A stretch of DNA of 64,000 bases from an uncultured Gemmatimonadota bacterium (GCA_951812955.1 OX638340.1:3584001-3648000); one strand, 5' to 3'; counted from the first letter of the stretch, positions 45,761-56,310 are shown. Notes: generated by a model not told the origin, from the sequence alone. Made by a program: numbers and translations.

Positions 45761-46966
45761 TTAGTGCACGATAGTATCGAACCGCGCGGGCAGCGCCACC
45801 TCGAGCAGCTCGAGGTCGTCGGAGCGGTCCGTGAGGGACGTTTTCGTGTGCGGCGGAATCACGTAGGCGTCTCCCGCCTCCAGCCGGTGTGCGCCCTGGT
45901 CATCCCCGTTCAGGGTCACCTCGCCTTCCATGACGAAGGTGAAGAGGATATCGCCAGTGTGGCTCGTGACCTGTTCCGCGCCTGACGGGCTTCCCTGTTC
46001 GCCTCCTCCGCCGGGGCCTGCGTATTCGCCGCTGATCGTGCCTCCTTGCGCGGAGCCATTCGAGCCGCTGTTCGCACGTGCGACCTGCACCGATGCTACG
46101 CCGCCCGTCGCCTCGCCGATCCCTGTTTCCCGGGCTTCGAATCCCGCTAGTCTCCAGGGTTTCCAGACCGCGTCTTTGAGCTGATGGCGGCAGAATGTCT
46201 GACCGCCGAAGACACGATCGGGGTTCAGCACTCCTGTCGGCAACTCGACCTCGTGGTCGATGGTGGTCACGTGGTCCGCGGGCACGCCGATTTCGATCAC
46301 CTGCAGGTTGTCGGAAGATTCGAGCACGCGATGCCGGATTTCCGGGGGTTGGATCACGCAGTCCCCCGCCTTGAGCATGAAAGGTGGCCCCTGGTCCTCG
46401 TAGACGAGCTTCACCTCGCCACGGTAACAGAAGATCAACTGGAATCCCACCGTATGATAGTGTACAACGTCGGGAACGGGACCGGCGTCGGGGATCCGGA
46501 TGTGGGAAGCAATGATGCTCCCACCCAGGCGGCCGGGCACCAGGTCGCGGTAGTGCATGCCGGCACGGCCGATTACCCAGGGCGTGTTGTCCTTCAGCCT
46601 CCGCACGAGGAAGGCGTGCTCCGTCGGCGGGATTTCCAGCGGCGGATCGGCCCGCACGATCTCGACCCGTGTGCCGTTCGGCGCGGTGAGTTCGGTCCGG
46701 CCGCCGGCCAGAACCGCCGGATCTCGACACAGGATTCGTATTGTGCCCGGCGGTTCGGACGCGCCCTGCTCCAGCCGGATGGTGAGCCCGTGGCCGGAAA
46801 GTACGGAAACTGACGGGTAGTCGGCGGGGTAGATCTTGTCCATACGGAAACCCAGGGTCTTCATGAAGAAGGCCAGGTCCGCGGACAAGTCCGAGGTCGG
46901 CAGCCGGATCTCGGCGCCCTGGATATTGTCCTCGCGGTTGGTCTGCTTGTCGTCATGCAATTGCAT
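45761..46966 (-). CDS. Bicupin protein
   Basis: Two cupin barrels. Start at MQLHDD with GGGAG RBS; the 47005 call would overlap the upstream gene. Confidence 0.55.
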   Translation of the reverse strand: MQLHDDKQTNREDNIQGAEIRLPTSDLSADLAFFMKTLGFRMDKIYPADYPSVSVLSGHGLTIRLEQGASEPPGTIRILCRDPAVLAGGRTELTAPNGTRVEIVRADPPLEIPPTEHAFLVRRLKDNTPWVIGRAGMHYRDLVPGRLGGSIIASHIRIPDAGPVPDVVHYHTVGFQLIFCYRGEVKLVYEDQGPPFMLKAGDCVIQPPEIRHRVLESSDNLQVIEIGVPADHVTTIDHEVELPTGVLNPDRVFGGQTFCRHQLKDAVWKPWRLAGFEARETGIGEATGGVASVQVARANSGSNGSAQGGTISGEYAGPGGGGEQGSPSGAEQVTSHTGDILFTFVMEGEVTLNGDDQGAHRLEAGDAYVIPPHTKTSLTDRSDDLELLEVALPARFDTIVH

Positions 46967-46979
46967 ATCGCCAGCTCCC

Positions 46980-48101
46980 TTATCCTTCGAAACGATACTT
47001 CTCAACGACGTCCATGTTCAGCTCCGTACCCAGTCCGGGTTTCACGGGGAGCCGGAAATAGCCGCTTTCCACGACCGGCGGATCGGTCAGCAGGTCGTCG
47101 CGCCAGGGCGCGTCCCATTTTTCGTCCACGAACTCCAGCACCAGTGCGTTTGGGATATTGGCCATGACGTGAAGGCTCGCCGTCGTGGACACGGCGCTGT
47201 TCGGATTATGGGGCGAGACCTGCATGTAGTAGCTTTCCGCCATGGCGGCGATCTTCTTGGTCTCCATGATGCCGCCCGTGCGCACAACGTCGGGCATGAT
47301 CATGTCCACCGCCTGGGCGGCGATCAGGTCCCGGAAGCCGAAGCGCGTATACCGTCGTTCGCCCACGCAAACGGGCACGTTGACGGACGCGGTCACCCGG
47401 GCCAGGGCGTCGATGTTCTCCGGGTGGACCGGCTCCTCGTAGAACAGCAGGCCGATTTCCTCGAGCCGGTTGCCGATGCGGATCGCGGCGCTCGTGGTGT
47501 ACCGGCATCCCACGTCGGTACAGAGGTCCACCCCGTCGCCCACGGCCTCGCGGCACCGGCGCATGTGTTCCAGGGCCATCTTCTCTTCCTTCAGCGTGAC
47601 AGAGCGAGGCGAGTCAATGCGTTCCCCTTTGACCAGCGGATCCGAGGGGAAGTACGCCTTGATGGCGGTAACGCCCTTGGCGGCCAGTTCTGCGCACTCC
47701 TCCGGGTCGGAGGCATGGCTGTAGAACCGAATGCGGTTGCGGCACGGTCCGCCGATGAGATTGTAGATGGGCTGACCGGTGACCTTGCCCACGATGTCCC
47801 AGAGGGCGATCTCGATGCCGCTGATCGCCGCGATGACCGTACCAGTCTGCCCGATCTGCTCCAGGGCGTAGTACATACGGTGGTACAGGTACTCTATGTG
47901 GAACGGATCCTCGCCGATGATGAGCTTGCTCAGTTCGTCCACGGACTGTGCGATGATGGTGCCGCCCGGCCAGTTCGTCGCGTCCCCCAGGCCCACGACC
48001 CCCTCGTCCGTGTAGACCTGCACGAAGACCCACGGCGAGCCGATGTCCGTCGATTTGCGCCAGGACTCCACCAGGTGCACTTTCACATCGGTGATTTTCA
48101 T
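46980..48101 (-). CDS. Enolase-superfamily dehydratase (mandelate racemase/muconate lactonizing enzyme family; mannonate/galactonate dehydratase-like)
   Basis: N-terminal capping domain MKITDVKVHLV..., metal-ligand blocks in the barrel (DVGCRY...EEP...). 373 aa. Confidence 0.8.
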   Translation of the reverse strand: MKITDVKVHLVESWRKSTDIGSPWVFVQVYTDEGVVGLGDATNWPGGTIIAQSVDELSKLIIGEDPFHIEYLYHRMYYALEQIGQTGTVIAAISGIEIALWDIVGKVTGQPIYNLIGGPCRNRIRFYSHASDPEECAELAAKGVTAIKAYFPSDPLVKGERIDSPRSVTLKEEKMALEHMRRCREAVGDGVDLCTDVGCRYTTSAAIRIGNRLEEIGLLFYEEPVHPENIDALARVTASVNVPVCVGERRYTRFGFRDLIAAQAVDMIMPDVVRTGGIMETKKIAAMAESYYMQVSPHNPNSAVSTTASLHVMANIPNALVLEFVDEKWDAPWRDDLLTDPPVVESGYFRLPVKPGLGTELNMDVVEKYRFEG

Positions 48102-48215
48102 GAGATGCCTTTGGACTCTTTCATACAGATTCCGGCCGATTTCGTCGCTGGGCGCGCCAGATCATCTCTCCTGACAGACCGCATCGTGCCCGAATTCGAT
48201 GTCAGCCTGCTGGCT

Positions 48216-49019
48216 TCAGTCCCGTCGCAGGTTGCTGAACTCCGGTTTCGGACCGCCCTCTTCACGGTCCCACTGCCACAGTTCCGTGTAGGGCGACTGG
48301 GCGTGGAAACCGAAGATGACCGGTCCGTCTTCGCCCGCCCGTTCGAGCACGTCCGGATTGACCACGCGGGGCATCTCGTACTCGCAACGGGTCCAACGCC
48401 TCCGCCAGGGGCTCAACACCGCATAGCGCGGCTGGTCGGTCTGGTTCTTCGTCGTACCATGCCAGGTATTCACGTCGAAGAGCACGAGCGATCCTTCCGG
48501 GGCGACGGCAGTCCGGGCGTTGCCATAGGCCGAATCGGGCACGTCGAGGTACTCGTACCGGTGGCTGCCCGGGACGAACTCCGTCGCGCCGTTGGTCTCG
48601 GTAAAGGGGCTCAGGCAGAAGATCGTGTTCAAGGCGATCGAGTGGCTCGTGATCCGCCGGCCCTCGTCGGCATCGGGCATGGATGCGTCCCGGTTGTGAC
48701 CGGTGATACCGCTGTCGGAATGCAGCCCGTGTCCGCCTTCACCGGGCATCACCACCGATCCGTACACGGCGCTCAAAAGCGCGTCGGGGCCCAGGAAGTG
48801 TCTCGTCAGCCTCAGATGGTCGGGAAGCTGGTAGAACCGTTCGAACACCCGCGCCTTGTTGAAGAGCCATTCGAAACTGCCCCGCTCGCGGTTGGGGTAA
48901 CGTGTTTCGAGTTCCCTTCGCGCTTCCGCGCATTCCTCTGCCGTCAACTGGTCCGTCAGGATGGTGTATCCCTCAACCTTCAGGTCCAGCACGTGGGCTT
49001 GAAAGGATTCGTCTGTCAT
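48216..49019 (-). CDS. PhyH-family oxygenase
   Basis: HSDSG HxD motif. Start at internal Met (MTDESFQAHVLDL). Confidence 0.6.
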   Translation of the reverse strand: MTDESFQAHVLDLKVEGYTILTDQLTAEECAEARRELETRYPNRERGSFEWLFNKARVFERFYQLPDHLRLTRHFLGPDALLSAVYGSVVMPGEGGHGLHSDSGITGHNRDASMPDADEGRRITSHSIALNTIFCLSPFTETNGATEFVPGSHRYEYLDVPDSAYGNARTAVAPEGSLVLFDVNTWHGTTKNQTDQPRYAVLSPWRRRWTRCEYEMPRVVNPDVLERAGEDGPVIFGFHAQSPYTELWQWDREEGGPKPEFSNLRRD

Positions 49020-49120
49020 AGGTTGATTCCGGCTCTCATGTGATGCTTGTTCGACCAGCGCAGGGTTTGGCGGATCAACGGCCGGTATGGCCATCGCCCG
49101 GTCCGCGGCGTCCGCTCGAA

Positions 49121-49936
49121 TCAGCGTCCGGCCAGGTCGTCTCCGAGGTCGGTTGCGTCCACTTTGCCTTTCTCCAGGCTCACGCCGACGACGAAGAGCT
49201 CGAGGTCATCGTCCGTATGGTTGTAGATTCCGTGAGCACTGCCCAGGTTATTCAGAATGGCGTCCCCGCGGACGACCTCCTCGGTCTCGCCGTCCACCGT
49301 GATCCGGCCCCGGCCGTTCATGATCATGTAGGCTTCGTCCACGATCTCGTGCCGGTGGTAGCCCACGGAAGTACCCGGCGGCAGTAGGATATGGCAGAGG
49401 TATTCGAAATTTGTCGTGAAATCCCGACTTCCCCATACCTCCCGGAAAAGCACTTCGCCCTTTCCACCGTGATGCCGCCGGGGCTTCAGTAAGGCGCGGT
49501 TGAACCGTCCCACGGGCAATCGATCAGCGGACTCCAGCTTGACCTCTATGCGCGGGTCGTCGAAATCCTCGCACATCGGGGTGCGGGTGGGGTCCACACA
49601 GTGGAAGTTGAAGAACCAGGTATCCTGGTCCGAGTGGTTGTAGATGCCGTGGGATTCACCCGAGCGGAGGGGCACCGCCGCGCCGCCGTCGACTTCGGTC
49701 GTGCGGCCGTTGTGGGTGAACTGCATGGCGTTGTCGATGGTGACGAAGATCTCTTCCGAGTGGATGTGCGTGTGTTGCCCGATGCCGCTGCCGGGCGGGA
49801 AGATGACAGAGTGGATGAACGACCAGGGAGACTTGAACGCCGTCGCATCGAACCCCGGGTTGAAATAGCTCGCCGCGGCGCCGCCGTGGCTGACGCCCAA
49901 TCTCATCTCTTCGCGCCTTGTATGGGTTATCCGCAT
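49121..49936 (-). CDS. Bicupin protein
   Basis: Two cupin motifs (GQHTHIHSEEIFV, YHRHEIVDEAYMI). Confidence 0.55.
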   Translation of the reverse strand: MRITHTRREEMRLGVSHGGAAASYFNPGFDATAFKSPWSFIHSVIFPPGSGIGQHTHIHSEEIFVTIDNAMQFTHNGRTTEVDGGAAVPLRSGESHGIYNHSDQDTWFFNFHCVDPTRTPMCEDFDDPRIEVKLESADRLPVGRFNRALLKPRRHHGGKGEVLFREVWGSRDFTTNFEYLCHILLPPGTSVGYHRHEIVDEAYMIMNGRGRITVDGETEEVVRGDAILNNLGSAHGIYNHTDDDLELFVVGVSLEKGKVDATDLGDDLAGR

Positions 49937-49993
49937 GCGGACCGCTCCGGACTCCCCGACGATGGCATCATCCGGGGTGTATCTGTACCAAAG

Positions 49994-50794
49994 CTAAAGG
50001 GCGACTTCCTCGACAGGCTGCGTGCCGGTCTCGTAGGCGGGCCGCCACCGGTCGTGGGCCATGGACTCCTCCTCGCTGAGCCCGCACAGCCAGTTCCAGG
50101 TGTGGATGCGGCGTCTCAGGTCCCGGTAGGATTCCACTCCACTCGTGTATGGCGCGGCCGGCCGGTCGCGGTACACGGGGATTTCTTCCGAATCGATGAG
50201 CCAGTCGCGCTGCGGCGGTGCATTGCGGAAGTAGGAGAATTTGATCATGCTGCGGGGCTTGTGATTGAGCTTCGGGCCCGCCCGGTGCCAGATGCCGTAC
50301 CGGGTGATGGCCACGGTGCCGGCCTTCACTACGAGCGAAAGCTGGCCCGTGAGATCGCCGTAGTGGGCGAGGGCGTCGCGGTTGACCGCCCGGCAGTGGG
50401 AACCGGGCAGGATCATGGTCGGCCCGTCTTCGATCCCCACGTCCTGCGGATAATAGTAGCACTGGAGTTCGTTGATCTCGTAACCCTGGCCGGAAATGCC
50501 GTCCGAATGCCAGTCCTGACCCGCGACGGGCTCGTTTATGAGGTGGTGATGGCCGCCCGTCGGCATCAGGAAGTTGGCACCGAGCAGCGAACGTATCACG
50601 CCTGCCAGCCGCGGATGGAGCAGGACTTCGCGGACGAAATCCGGTGAACCGACCAGTTCCTTCGCGCGGCCGACCTTGACGTTGCGGCACTGCGCGTTGA
50701 AACCGGGATCCACCATTTCTTCAAGCACCGCGTAACCCTTCGCCACGAAATCCATCACGTCGTCGTCGGTCATTGTCGGTCTGATCTCCGCCAT
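49994..50794 (-). CDS. PhyH-family oxygenase
   Basis: WHSDG HxD motif, distal WHRAG. Confidence 0.7.
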   Translation of the reverse strand: MAEIRPTMTDDDVMDFVAKGYAVLEEMVDPGFNAQCRNVKVGRAKELVGSPDFVREVLLHPRLAGVIRSLLGANFLMPTGGHHHLINEPVAGQDWHSDGISGQGYEINELQCYYYPQDVGIEDGPTMILPGSHCRAVNRDALAHYGDLTGQLSLVVKAGTVAITRYGIWHRAGPKLNHKPRSMIKFSYFRNAPPQRDWLIDSEEIPVYRDRPAAPYTSGVESYRDLRRRIHTWNWLCGLSEEESMAHDRWRPAYETGTQPVEEVAL

Positions 50795-50806
50795 CGCAGC
50801 GCCTCC

Positions 50807-51169
50807 TCAGTTCCACTTCTCGAGTATGAAATCGAAACCCACGTAGTCGTTTTCCAGGTCCTTGTACTCGTACAGCTTGGGGATGGGGTACTGCACCACG
50901 CGCCACCCGTCGGCAACGGCCTCCAGCACGGAGTCGTACGGCGGCTCGTCGCCCGGCAGTCTCAGCACGGGCTTCTCGCCGGGAACGAATACCACCCAGC
51001 CCACGATCCCGGACCGCATATTGGTCGACCGTGCGGTCAGGTACATGATCTTCGGCCGGGGCGGGTTTTCCAAGAACGATTCCAGCTTGTCCAGGTCCCG
51101 TTCTTCCAGTGCGCCGTTTTCGAGTTTCCCGCGGCTTTCAGCGATCCACTGCCTGATTTCCGATTGCAT
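50807..51169 (-). CDS. Hypothetical protein
   Basis: Start at MQSEIRQW. No domain recognised. Confidence 0.3.
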   Translation of the reverse strand: MQSEIRQWIAESRGKLENGALEERDLDKLESFLENPPRPKIMYLTARSTNMRSGIVGWVVFVPGEKPVLRLPGDEPPYDSVLEAVADGWRVVQYPIPKLYEYKDLENDYVGFDFILEKWN

Positions 51170-51533
51170 TTCGTGATGTCCCTTTGCCGAGTCTGACGTC
51201 GCGGACAATACAGATGCTAAAGGTGTAATGTACAAGGCGTTCTGATTATCGATGTCAGGAGTACGAATGCTCCTGCAATGGTACAGAGGCTACCGGTACC
51301 GTGTCAAGCAGGAATGAACCGTCTTTTTTGAAGGTGGTTTCGGCATGGAAGCCGCTGGTCTTGACAGCGTCCGGCACGCCGCTTAAGTTGCCTTCTGACG
51401 GTCATCGAAATGCGATCATCCAGGTCATTCAGTTCATTCCGACCAGCTGAACAGCGTGCGCAATTCGGGCAGAAACTTCCGGTCCGTCGATTTCCCGTTA
51501 CCAATTTCGATTCTCAGTTTAAAGGTATTCTAT

Positions 51534-52283
51534 ATGTCCCACGCGCAACCCCTGAATGCCCAGCAGATCGCCTACTTCAAGCTAAACGGCTACCTGGTCC
51601 TGAAGAACGTTTTCGACGAGGGAACCCTGGAGGCATGGCGGCGGCAGATCTGGCGGGCGCTCGATGGCTGCCTCGAAGATCCCGCGACCTGGCCCAGGGA
51701 AACGAGCGGTCTAGACGGGTACGATTACGATCCGCCCGAATCGGCCCTTGTGCACCATCCACAGATGATGGCGATCATCGACCAGCTCAGCGGGGGAACT
51801 TTCGTCGCTGGCGACGGCATTCCGATCATTCGGTGGCCCGATCCAGGAAAGTCCTGGGAAATGCCCCAAACGGGACATATCGATGCCTACGGGGGACGCT
51901 GGCTGCCCTTCATGATCGGCGCGACGACCTACCTGTACGACGTGGAACCCGGCGGCGGAGCCTTGATCTACTGGCCGGGAAGCCACCACGCCGCTCACCG
52001 GTACTTTCTCGAGCATCCCTCGCATGTCGACGGCAGCTTCCTGGAGATCGAGGGGTTTTCGTGGGACGTGTTCTGCGACAACCCGGCCACCGGCGGCCAG
52101 GAGTTTACCGCGAAGGCCGGCGACGTGGTGCTCTGGCATGCCTACCTGACCCACAACGGATCGGAAAATACCAGTCATTCGCCGCGCTTCGCCCTCTTCG
52201 CACGCTGGAACCATGAGAAACACCTGGAGCAGTCCTTCAGATACGAGATCCCCGAGGATCTGTGGAAGTATTGGGCGGTGTGA
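51534..52283 (+). CDS. PhyH-family oxygenase
   Basis: Start MSHAQPLNAQQIAYFKLNGYLVL. HIDAYG HxD motif, distal WHAYLTHNGS. Confidence 0.7.
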   Translation: MSHAQPLNAQQIAYFKLNGYLVLKNVFDEGTLEAWRRQIWRALDGCLEDPATWPRETSGLDGYDYDPPESALVHHPQMMAIIDQLSGGTFVAGDGIPIIRWPDPGKSWEMPQTGHIDAYGGRWLPFMIGATTYLYDVEPGGGALIYWPGSHHAAHRYFLEHPSHVDGSFLEIEGFSWDVFCDNPATGGQEFTAKAGDVVLWHAYLTHNGSENTSHSPRFALFARWNHEKHLEQSFRYEIPEDLWKYWAV

Positions 52284-52452
52284 GAGAGAACGCCTAAACT
52301 GCGGTTGTTTGATAGAAAACCGTCGTCTCGTGTAATGAGGCATACCTTAGAGCTGAAGATCCGTACAGAGATTCCCGGTTCAAGCCGGTTCGCTGTCTCG
52401 CCGTCGACAATATGATTTCGAGAACAGTCGCTGTTCCCCGACTATACTGTCA

Positions 52453-52863
52453 ATGAGCTCAGTACCGGAACCGGATCAAGAGGAAGATCTTATGGGGAAA
52501 ATCATGAATGATTCCGCGAGCGTATCCGTTTTCGAGGTCGTTGGCAACGCTCTTTGCGTTGCTTCCGACGACGGCCAGAGAGTACACGACCGACTTTCGA
52601 CTGCATTGAAGGATAGCCGCCATGTGAATCTTTCTTTTCGCAACGTGACATCGCTTACTTCGGCTTTTCTGAACACCGCGGTCGGCCAATTGTATGGAAC
52701 CTTCAGCGAAGATCATATACGTACGCAGTTGAACATCGAAGAAATGTCCCTGGATGATCTGGTGTTACTCGAGCGTGTGGTCGACACAGCGAAGCAATAC
52801 TTCAAAGACCCTCAAAGATTCGAACAAGCGCTTCGTGAGGAAATGGATGACTATGACGACTGA
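52453..52863 (+). CDS. STAS-like (DUF4325-like) small protein
   Basis: VNLSFRNVTSLTSAFLNTAVGQLYG resembles the STAS-like DUF4325 core. Low-GC islet. Its 3' end overlaps the next gene by 17 nt. Confidence 0.45.
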   Translation: MSSVPEPDQEEDLMGKIMNDSASVSVFEVVGNALCVASDDGQRVHDRLSTALKDSRHVNLSFRNVTSLTSAFLNTAVGQLYGTFSEDHIRTQLNIEEMSLDDLVLLERVVDTAKQYFKDPQRFEQALREEMDDYDD

Positions 52864-53395
52864 TTCCAAGGCGCTCGCGGTGAATGAACACGAATTCAGT
52901 CGTAGAGATAGGTTGTTTCTTGATACTAATATCTGGTTGTATCTATTCGGTCCGCATAAACCCAAGGCAAGAGCGATCGACACGTATTCAAGTGTGCTTA
53001 AGCGGATTCTGGATGCGGGTAGCAGAATCTATATCGACGTTCTGATCGTTTCAGAGTTCATCAACGCATGCGCCAGGTTGAATTGGCATCTTGCAACAAA
53101 CAGGAAAATTGGTTTCAAAGCATTTCGAAATTCGTCATCTTTCAAATCAGTCGCCAGGTCGGTGTCAAGCGACGCCGCGCGGGTTATGTCCCACTGCTTG
53201 CGTGTGGAAAGTGGATTCTCGGACATGGCCGCGACCGAATTGCTCAATGAATTTGTCACCGGAAAATGCGACTTCAACGATCAAGTTATCATAAGACTCT
53301 GTAAAAAAGAAGAACTAACCCTGATTACACACGACGCCGATTTCAAAGGCGCGGGGATTCCGATTTTGACAGCGAACCATCGTCTTCTGAACTAA
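52847..53395 (+). CDS. PIN-domain nuclease
   Basis: LFLDTNIWLY...SEF...FNDQ...ITHDADF gives the four PIN acidic positions. Intact, 182 aa. Confidence 0.6.
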   Translation: MTMTTDSKALAVNEHEFSRRDRLFLDTNIWLYLFGPHKPKARAIDTYSSVLKRILDAGSRIYIDVLIVSEFINACARLNWHLATNRKIGFKAFRNSSSFKSVARSVSSDAARVMSHCLRVESGFSDMAATELLNEFVTGKCDFNDQVIIRLCKKEELTLITHDADFKGAGIPILTANHRLLN

Positions 53396-53399
53396 TCCC

Positions 53400-54227
53400 A
53401 TGCCCGCCTACCCCCGCTACCTCACCAAAGCTCAATTGGAGCAGTTCTGGTCCGACGGCTACCTGGTTTTGAAAGGCACGCTGGATCAAGAAGTGGTAGA
53501 AAAAGCCCGCGAATTCCTGCTGGACCTGATCCCGCGGGACCTGGTCATCCCGGACCACTACCACGCGAACCACGGCCGGTTCAAGCCCCACCACCCCGAC
53601 GGGAATGGCAGCTTTTTTGAACCTGCGATGCTGCCCCTGATGCAGAACGAAGCACTTTACGGCGCTGCCGTGGATATACTGGAGACAGAATACATCCGGG
53701 TGTGGGACGGTTCGGCGGGGATAACGCTAAGAAACCGCGCCATGGAAGGACGGCTCCAGAACCTCCACCTCGACGCTGTACCGGGAGGGCCCGAAGACCT
53801 GAATGAGGGGTTCCTTCGCACGGGAATAGGTATCGGCGGATGTTATTACCTGAACAAGGTTGAAGGTGAGGGCGGCGGCATCCACGTGGTTCCCGGCGGG
53901 CCGAACCGGGTGAGGGATATCATGCTTAACGAACCGGACGGTCTGACGCGCAACAACGGCTGGGGTCATATCACCGATTTTTCGTCGTCCATGGAGGTAA
54001 CCGGTGATGCCGGCGATTTCGTGCTGATGCATCACCTGATGCCCCACTCGGCCAGCGCCAATCACAACGCCGCGCCACGGATCGCCCAGTTCACCCGTCT
54101 GCAGGCCCTGACGGACGATGACGCCCGCCTCGCTCCGGGTCCCGACCGACCCCTGGACCCCGCAGCGCTTGGCGCCCTGACACCCCTGGGACGCAAACTG
54201 TTCCGCCTGGCCCCGTGGATCGGGTAA
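53400..54227 (+). CDS. PhyH-family oxygenase
   Basis: N-terminal LTKAQLEQFWSDGYLVLKG motif, HLD HxD. Confidence 0.6.
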   Translation: MPAYPRYLTKAQLEQFWSDGYLVLKGTLDQEVVEKAREFLLDLIPRDLVIPDHYHANHGRFKPHHPDGNGSFFEPAMLPLMQNEALYGAAVDILETEYIRVWDGSAGITLRNRAMEGRLQNLHLDAVPGGPEDLNEGFLRTGIGIGGCYYLNKVEGEGGGIHVVPGGPNRVRDIMLNEPDGLTRNNGWGHITDFSSSMEVTGDAGDFVLMHHLMPHSASANHNAAPRIAQFTRLQALTDDDARLAPGPDRPLDPAALGALTPLGRKLFRLAPWIG

Positions 54228-54242
54228 TTTGTAGTTCCGCAA

Positions 54243-56216
54243 TTGGAACGGACGTACTCCATGTCCTCTGAACCTCCCCGGTCCCGTGGCCCTTCGGCCA
54301 TATCCCTGCGGGCCGGGATCATCGGGCTCGCGCTCTCCGCCGTGGTGGCTTTCTGGGGCCAGTTCGCCGCCGATCACGCCGGTTACAACTATACCACCTA
54401 CGCCCATATCCCCTCGGCGCTGCTGATCCCCTTCCTGATCCTGATCCTGGGTCCCCACGTCCTGCTCAAGAGGCTGGCGCCCGGGTACGCCCTGACGACT
54501 TCCGAGCTGATCGTGATTTTCGTCATGGGCCTGATCGGTTCGATGGTGCCCGACTGGGGCATGACGAGATACCTGGTCTCCCTCATCACGGGGCCCTTCT
54601 ACCATGCGAGTCCCGAGAACCGCTGGGCGGAGACTTTTTTCGAGACCTTGCCCGGGTGGCTCGTGATCAGCGGCAAGACGGACGCGGTACGGGTTTTCTA
54701 CGAAGGCGCCGCGCCGGGTTACCGGATCCCGTGGATGGCCTGGATCTCGCCCCTGCTGTGGTGGATGTCGTGTTTCGCCGCCCTGATGTGGACGGGCGCA
54801 TGCATCGTGGTCATCCTGCGAAAGCAATGGGTCAGCCACGAAAGGCTGCGCTTTCCCCTGGGGGAGGTATCGCTCAACCTGATGGGCGTGGCGAAGGACC
54901 CGAACGAGCCGCCCATGGTCCGCACGACTGCCTTTCGTATCGGCGCCGGCCTGTCGCTGGCCGTCGTGTGCTGGAACATCGCCTCCTACTGGGACATCGT
55001 TACCCCTATCCCCATCATGGGGCCGGACCTGCTGTATCTGAAGGTCCATCCGTCGATACCGGATCTTCCCATCCGGCTGAATGTCTTCGTACTGTGTTTC
55101 GCTTTCTTCATAAACGCCGAGATCCTGTTCAGCCTGTGTTTCTTCCTGCTCTTCACCACGCTGCAGCGGGGGCTGATGAACATGCTCGGGATCACGGCGG
55201 CCACGACCATGTCTCCTACCGGGCTCGTGGGCACCCAGTCCATCGGTGCCCTGATCGCCCTGGTGGTGTGGGGATTGTGGATGGCCCGTCGTCACCTGGC
55301 CGGTGTGGCCCGGCGGGCGTTTCGAAAGGATCCGTCGATCGATGACAGCAGTGAGTTCTTCTCGTACCGGGTGGCGGTTTTCGGATTGATCTTCGGCATG
55401 CTCTACCTGCTGGCATGGCTTTACAGCATCGGCATGTCGCTGCCCGTCAGCCTTGTCCTCCTGGCCGTACTCTTCATCGTCTACATCGGAATGGCCCGGA
55501 TCGTTGCGGAGGCGGGTCTGGTCGCCATGGACCTGCCGGTAACAGCCAACAACTTCACCGGGGGCATTATCGGCGCCGACAACCTGGACCCGTCCTCGAT
55601 CACCGCTATGGGCATGACGAACGCCTTCGCCCGGAACTGGCGGACCTTTACGATGATCGGGCTGTCTCACGCCGCCTACCTGCAGCGCTGGATGGGGCCG
55701 TCCACCCGGCACCTCTTCCTCTGGATCTGCCTGGCCTTCGCCGTCAGTGTCGTAACTTCCCTCTACTACTACATCAGCGCGGGTTATGCAGTCGGCGCCG
55801 ATAATCTGCTGTCCAAGCCCGGCGACCTCGTACCCTTCTTCTACAACACGATCATGACGTGGAACAGCAGCGCAAGCAGTGTCTCGGAACTGGAACTGAT
55901 CTTCTTCGGGAACGGTATCGTCCTGTACATGCTGATGATCCTCGGACGCTTCATGTTTCTCTGGTGGCCGCTGCATCCCATCGGCCTGGTCGCCGTGGCC
56001 GCGGACACCGTGCGGTTCATGTTCCTACCCTTCCTGCTGGCCTGGCTCGTCCAGGTAATCCTGCTGCGCCTGGGTGGAGGAGCCCTTTACCGCAGAGCGC
56101 AGCCCCTGTTTCTCGGCATCCTGGTTGGATATGTCCTTGGGATGGCCCTCTCATTCCTGGTGGACAGCCTGTGGTTTCCGGCCGCACCGCACCAGTTCGA
56201 ATCCTTTATCAACTGA
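54243..56216 (+). CDS. Large polytopic membrane protein of unknown family (paralog of the 60259 gene)
   Basis: ~14 TM segments. Conserved blocks shared with the paralog (RKQWVSHERLRFPLGE, EFFSYRVAVFG...MARIVAEAGLV, LHPIGLV). Confidence 0.6.
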   Translation: MERTYSMSSEPPRSRGPSAISLRAGIIGLALSAVVAFWGQFAADHAGYNYTTYAHIPSALLIPFLILILGPHVLLKRLAPGYALTTSELIVIFVMGLIGSMVPDWGMTRYLVSLITGPFYHASPENRWAETFFETLPGWLVISGKTDAVRVFYEGAAPGYRIPWMAWISPLLWWMSCFAALMWTGACIVVILRKQWVSHERLRFPLGEVSLNLMGVAKDPNEPPMVRTTAFRIGAGLSLAVVCWNIASYWDIVTPIPIMGPDLLYLKVHPSIPDLPIRLNVFVLCFAFFINAEILFSLCFFLLFTTLQRGLMNMLGITAATTMSPTGLVGTQSIGALIALVVWGLWMARRHLAGVARRAFRKDPSIDDSSEFFSYRVAVFGLIFGMLYLLAWLYSIGMSLPVSLVLLAVLFIVYIGMARIVAEAGLVAMDLPVTANNFTGGIIGADNLDPSSITAMGMTNAFARNWRTFTMIGLSHAAYLQRWMGPSTRHLFLWICLAFAVSVVTSLYYYISAGYAVGADNLLSKPGDLVPFFYNTIMTWNSSASSVSELELIFFGNGIVLYMLMILGRFMFLWWPLHPIGLVAVAADTVRFMFLPFLLAWLVQVILLRLGGGALYRRAQPLFLGILVGYVLGMALSFLVDSLWFPAAPHQFESFIN

Positions 56217-56310
56217 GTACTACCCTCATAAACTCACCAGAACACAGGATCGCGGAACCGTAAATGAAGCCCTGATATCGAAACCGTAAAAGAACGTCTG
56301 ACGAAAGTTC

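Noticed and set aside
46836-49043. 735-aa plus-strand ORF antisense to enolase/PhyH genes
   Set aside because: - Shadow ORF with Arg/Val/His-rich composition.
- The opposite strand encodes two recognisable enzymes.
53727-55976. 749-aa minus-strand ORF antisense to the membrane-protein gene
   Set aside because: - Extreme Gln/His/Arg/Gly/Asp composition typical of antisense reading of a GC-rich membrane gene.
- The plus-strand product has coherent TM segments and a paralog.
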